A stretch of 64,000 nucleotides of DNA from an uncultured Armatimonadia bacterium (GTDB taxonomy: Bacteria; Armatimonadota; Zipacnadia; CAVVLO01), in the NCBI GenBank assembly GCA_963749155.1, contig CAVVLO010000002.1:1536001-1600000 (forward strand), read 5' to 3'. Shown here one piece after another: positions 59,483 to 64,000 of this stretch. The notes under the pieces are model-generated. The model worked only from the letters and a program-made list of their open reading frames with translations. It searched no databases and was not told where the DNA came from. The position numbers and the translations under genes were made by a program. How positions within the stretch are numbered: position 1 is the stretch's first letter; each line of letters begins with the position of its first letter.

Positions 59483-62400
59483 ATGACTCGCATCCTGCTA
59501 CTGATTGCTTGCTGCCTTGCCGCGCTGACGCTGCCTCTTGCCGCCCAGCCCAATCCCATCACTAACGGGGGTTTCGAGCAGGTAGACGCTACCGGTGCGC
59601 CGGTAGACTGGCAGTTAATGTATCCGGCGGAAGTCTCGATGGCCGACAAGCATTCAGGTCAGAGAGCGCTGCATTTCGTCTCCAAGACCAGACCAGAAGG
59701 CGACCCAGGCCTTAATCGTAGCTGGAACCTGCCCGGCAACGTCCAGGGCGGAATGATAGCCAAGCCGAAAGGGGCGCTCAGCTTCTGGTACAAGGCCAAT
59801 TCGGCCAATCCTGCGGACCAGATGGGTATTGTCATCATCCCGATGAATACTCGCCCCTCCGAGGTTAGTGGACGCTTGTTTTGGGTTATCCCAGAGCAGC
59901 ATATTGGAGATGGCCAGTGGCATCGCGGCTTGTTTGCCTACGACTTTACAGGAACACCTGGCGCCGAGTGGATCCATGTTGGCGCGCGCCTTTACGCCGA
60001 CAACGTGGATTTATGGCTGGATGACTTCGAGTGGCTGCCCGGCCCGATTGGCCCTGCTCCTCATGCCAGCAAGCTGGAACTAAAAGAAGTCGCCGGTCAG
60101 GAAGGCCAGGCGGCTGACGTGACACTCACCATATCCAACTTTGGAGATGCGCCACTGGAAGGCGCAACAGCGACGCTGGCAGTGCCGTCGGGGCTTACTG
60201 TCCAGCAGGCGACCGTGCCGGTGGAGTCAGTTGCTCCCGGCAAGGAAGGCAAGGCCCTCTGGCGCGTGAGGGGCGAACGCGCAACCTCAGGGCTCAAGCT
60301 AGTTGCAAGCCTGGGCGAAGGGGGCGCTGGCCAGGAGCTTGGCCTGCTACTGGCGCCCAAACTTGCCGGCCTGCGTCTCTCCAGTGACCAGATGGCAGTG
60401 ATGAAAGGGGACAAGCTGGTCGTCAGGCTGATGGCGAAGAACAGTGGTACCTCTGCTCTGGTCACCTCCGCGGCGAGGCTGGAACTGCCCAAAGGTCTGA
60501 CGGCGCGGCTCCTCTCCGAGCGCGGGGTTGTGCCTGCCGGCGACGAGGGCGTTGCGGCGACCTGGGAGGTTACCGCGACCGCTTCGCTGCCTCTTGCGCG
60601 GCTGAAAGCCAGCCTGGCGGGGCAGGACGAGACCGCCACGACGACGCTTGCGGTACCCGACAAGCTGCCCCCTGTATTCGGTGACCTGGGCGAGGTATAC
60701 GCGGTGGAGCGCGATGGCGCGCTTGTGATTGGTACTGACAAAGCCAGGCTCGTAATCGCGAAGCAGAGCGCTGGCTATGGTTTCGGCGCGCTGGAGGCTC
60801 GCACTGCTGCCGGGTGGCAGCGGATGGCGCTACTTCCTCGTATGGGCCTCATCGCAGGCGAAGCAGAGCAGGTGCTTTTTGCCCAAACGGCCACTTGCTC
60901 GCAGCGCGGCGATACTGCAAGAGCGGTGCTGCGAGGCACAGCGGTGATTGATGGCGTAACCTGGCAGGCGCGCTGGGAGCTTTCTGCAACGCGTGGAGAG
61001 GACACGATTGGCTTCTCTGTGCAGGCCGGGCCGCGACCGTCTGACCTCGGTAGCCGCCTTCGAGGGGCCGATGCTCTATGCTGGTGAAGGCCTGCCCGAG
61101 CGCGAGGACGCCCTCCTGCCGGGCCTCGAATGGCTGGTGAAGGGAGAAGAGTCCTCCAACTCGCTGGACATCGTCTCCGAGCATCCGGACCGTATCCGCG
61201 ACGTGCCGCATCCTTACAAGGTGACGGTGCCGGCAGTGGGTATGCGTTTCGGTGACAGCGCAGTGGGTCTGCTGTGGGACGTGCCGCAATACCAGCCCTT
61301 CTTATGAGGTGGCCGGAGCGGCCAGTCTGGTCTTCTCCTCGCCCAACCGGCTCGAGGGCCAACCCAATCATCTTATGGGGTTGCTGCTGCCGGCGGTCGG
61401 CAAGGGCCTCGAAGAGAACACAACTCGAGCCACCGAGCCGCTGCAGGTGGCGGCAGGCGAGGCGCTGGGGCTGAAGGCTGAATTGCTTGCGGTCGGCCAG
61501 GCCTCCGACAGCCTGGTGGCGCTGGACCGCTGGTATGCGAGGTATAACTTCCCCCAGCCGCTGCGCCTTCCCACGCGGCGATGCGGCGGGCGAGACGGCC
61601 TTCAGCCTTAGTGGCTACTTCAAAGACCGGGCGCTGTGGAATCCAGAGTGGAACCTGTGGTATAGCGATCTCATCGTCGGCTTCAGCCCGACTGCTGGCC
61701 CGGCGACTGAACTCCTCTACGGGGCGAAATTGCTTGGCGAGGGCCCAGTTGCCGATGAGGCGCGAGCTTTGGCTGCCGAGGTGCTTAAGGGCGATGAACA
61801 CTCTCGCGCACTGGCTCTCGAATATCGTCCCAGCACCGGAGAGCTTACGGGAGCGGCGCGCACGGCACTCGGGCTGATCGCCAGCCAGGAAGCCGACGGC
61901 AACTGGGGCTTCAGCGGTGAGAAAGCAGGCGAGTGGGAAGGCGATGCCCCCGATTACAAATATCTTGGCAAGGTGGGCGAGCGCGCTTCAGGATTAACGG
62001 CCGACAAAGCTTTGCGGGTGCTGGAAGGGGCCGCGCTAACGGGCAAGCCAGAATTGCTGGAAGCTGGTCTAAAGGCACTGGAGGCGCTCAAGACCTTCCG
62101 CGTGCCCCGCGCCTCGCAGGTCTGGGAGGTACCCGTCCACACTCCGGATATCCTCGCCAGTGCCCACGGCGTGGACGCGAACCTGTGGGGCTATAAAATT
62201 ACCCGCGACCCGCAATGGCTTGATGAAGCCAGATACTGGGCGCGAAGCGGGCTGCCCTTCGTTTATGTGTGGAATCCCGCCGATCAGCCGGCGATGATGG
62301 GGGCTAGCATCCCCGTCTTCGGAGCAACCGGTTACGGGCTGAGCTGGTTCGCGGTTGCCGTCCAGTGGAACGGCATCGCCTATGCCAATTCGCTGTTTGA

Positions 62401-63386
62401 GCTGGCCGAATACGACAATTCCTTCCCGTGGAAAACGGTAGCTGCGAGTATCATCGTCAGTGGTATGTACCAGCAGGCAACCGAAGGCGAACGACTGGCC
62501 CAGTGGCCTGACGCACTCAACTTCATCGAGGGGCGGCCAGGCGCGCATGGCCAGACGCCCCCCTGTTTCCAGCCTTCGAGTGTGGTGCGCGGCCTGTGGC
62601 AGCTGCAGGGTGATGTGCTGCCGGTGCGCACCGAGGTCACGCGGTGGGGCGCCCAGAGCCTCGCTCTGCGTGGCGCGGCCTGGTTCAACAAGGTCGTATG
62701 GCGCGGTCCCGCTTTGACTTTCGAGGTGAAGCTGCCCAGGTTGCAACCGGGTTCTATTGGTGTGCTTGGCCTGGCTCATCCAACTGCGGTGCTGCTTGCG
62801 GGACGAGAATTGCCCGAGGTCACCGATCCCAGGGCCGAGGTCGGCCCGAGCTGGCGTTATTCGGAAGAAGGCTGCTTCATCGAGCTTCGACTGCCCGAGC
62901 CGGGAGAGTGGCCAGTCGAGGTACGCGGCGTCGCTATGAAACAGCCAGACCTGGTGCGGACCAATCTGGATTTCTCCTTCGAGGCTGATACCCAGGGCTG
63001 GGTCGCGGCTCACGACCTTACTCCCCTCGAATATGTCAGCCGGCGCTATCTCCACAAAGGCGACTGGCGGTGATCCGTATATGGTCTCTTCAGTCCTCTC
63101 GGTACCAGGCGAGCCAGGTGACGTGCTGGTTATCGTGATGTCAGGCAAAGGCACTAACGGCATGGGCAGCATCTACTGGGGCAACGAAATTGGCAGCCCT
63201 GCCCCTGAGCGCTTCGTGGACTTCAGTTATCCAGCCGATGGCGCCTTCCATGCTGTGCGCATCCCGATTGGCGAGCACACGCAGTGGGGGGGCCATACAA
63301 TTACCGAGTTGCGGATTGATCCAGCTAATGGAGAACCTCTGGGCGAGGTGACACTCGAGAGCATCAGCCTCGAGCGCAGCGACTAG
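59483..63386 (+). CDS. Large secreted paralog of 55822-59412 with N-terminal CBM-like domain; split by four apparent +1 frameshifts
   Basis: Signal peptide and NGGFE CBM4/9-like start. Five consecutive ORFs join (breaks near 61033, 61302, 61564, 63040) into a protein colinear with the upstream gene (PGLEWL..EESS, PHPYKVT, QVWEVPVHTPDILAS, GLPFVYVW, PVFGAT). Confidence 0.68.
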
Positions 63387-63412
63387 CCGAAGCCCCAAAG
63401 TGCAGGAATCAG

Positions 63413-63450
63413 GCCTGTCCGGACGAAACTCCGGACAGGTCTTTTTTATT
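63413..63450 (+). terminator. Intrinsic terminator
   Basis: CCTGTCCGGA-CGAAAC-TCCGGACAGG followed by TCTTTTTTATT. Confidence 0.75.
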
Positions 63451-63476
63451 GTGAGCAGGAGAAGGAGCGAGACGCT

Positions 63477-64000
63477 ATGTTCTACGGAGCCGATTACTAC
63501 CCCGAACACTGGCCGGAGGAGCGCTGGGCGCGCGATGCCGAGTTGATGCAGCAGGCGGGGATGAACGTCGTCCGCCTGGCAGAGTTTGCCTGGAGCAAGC
63601 TGGAACCGAGCGAAGGCGTCTTCGACTTTGACTGGCTCGAGCGCGCCCTCGACACGCTGAACGAGCGCGGAATCAAGGCTGTGCTTTGCACTCCGACGCC
63701 CACTCCGCCCGACTGGCTGATGGCTGCTCATCCCGAGGCCTTGCACGTTAACCAGCAGGGCCAGACCAGCACCCTCGGCACGCGCCGTCACGGTTGCCTT
63801 TCCAGCCAGGCCTATCGCGTCGCCAGCCGGCGAATCACCGAGGCGATGGCAGAGCGGTTCGGCAAGCATCCAGGCGTCATCGGCTGGCAACTTGACAACG
63901 AATTTGGCTGCCATTACACCCACTGGTGTTTCTGCGAGACCTGTAAACGCGGTTTCCAGGAGTGGCTAAGGGCCAAATATGGCACGCTGGAATCGCTGAA
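63477..64000 (+). CDS. Beta-galactosidase, GH42, partial (runs off the window end)
   Basis: Read by hand: ATG 63477 after AAGGAG. MFYGADYYPEHW...AGMNVVRLAEFAWSKLEP...WQLDNEFGCH...CFCETC. Confidence 0.9.
   Translation, partial: MFYGADYYPEHWPEERWARDAELMQQAGMNVVRLAEFAWSKLEPSEGVFDFDWLERALDTLNERGIKAVLCTPTPTPPDWLMAAHPEALHVNQQGQTSTLGTRRHGCLSSQAYRVASRRITEAMAERFGKHPGVIGWQLDNEFGCHYTHWCFCETCKRGFQEWLRAKYGTLESL

Overview
GC-rich bacterial chromosomal window that mixes housekeeping genes with carbohydrate-utilisation genes. A Terrabacteria-type diderm such as Armatimonadota is plausible, but this is inference only: it has a large Alu-type SRP RNA, a Gram-positive-type LexA box and Firmicutes-like gene order, together with LapA/BamB-like envelope genes. 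Contents in order: GH38 alpha-mannosidase; ridA; a TPR / PQQ-propeller / LapA-like operon; tadA, two tRNA-Ser, ffs, dnaX and ybaB; two amidohydrolases; lexA-rpe-GH; a sugar nucleotidyltransferase; copA; several secreted glycosidase-like genes, including three beta-helix paralogs; a CoADR-rhodanese/TusA/DsrE operon; a minus-strand block (tRNA-Lys, tRNA-Leu, tig, clpP, clpX, lon, efp, accB-like, pilin-like, accC, nusB, folD); an MNT-HEPN toxin-antitoxin pair; xseAB-dxs-TPR-nadK-recN; a 2-oxoacid:ferredoxin oxidoreductase operon; two large paralogous secreted proteins; and a partial GH42 gene. About a dozen single-base frameshifts, including in accC and lon, look like long-read indel errors. The most notable observations are: (1) the accB-slot protein lacks the biotinylated lysine and has a pilin-like gene wedged between it and accC; (2) a Thermus-type A9 slippage site in dnaX; (3) the tadA stop codon lies inside tRNA-Ser; (4) operator-like palindromes at the TA and sulfur operons; (5) a possible ~11 kb inversion splitting the efp-acc-nusB-folD-xse-dxs-recN cluster. 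No CRISPR array, integrase or transposase was seen.
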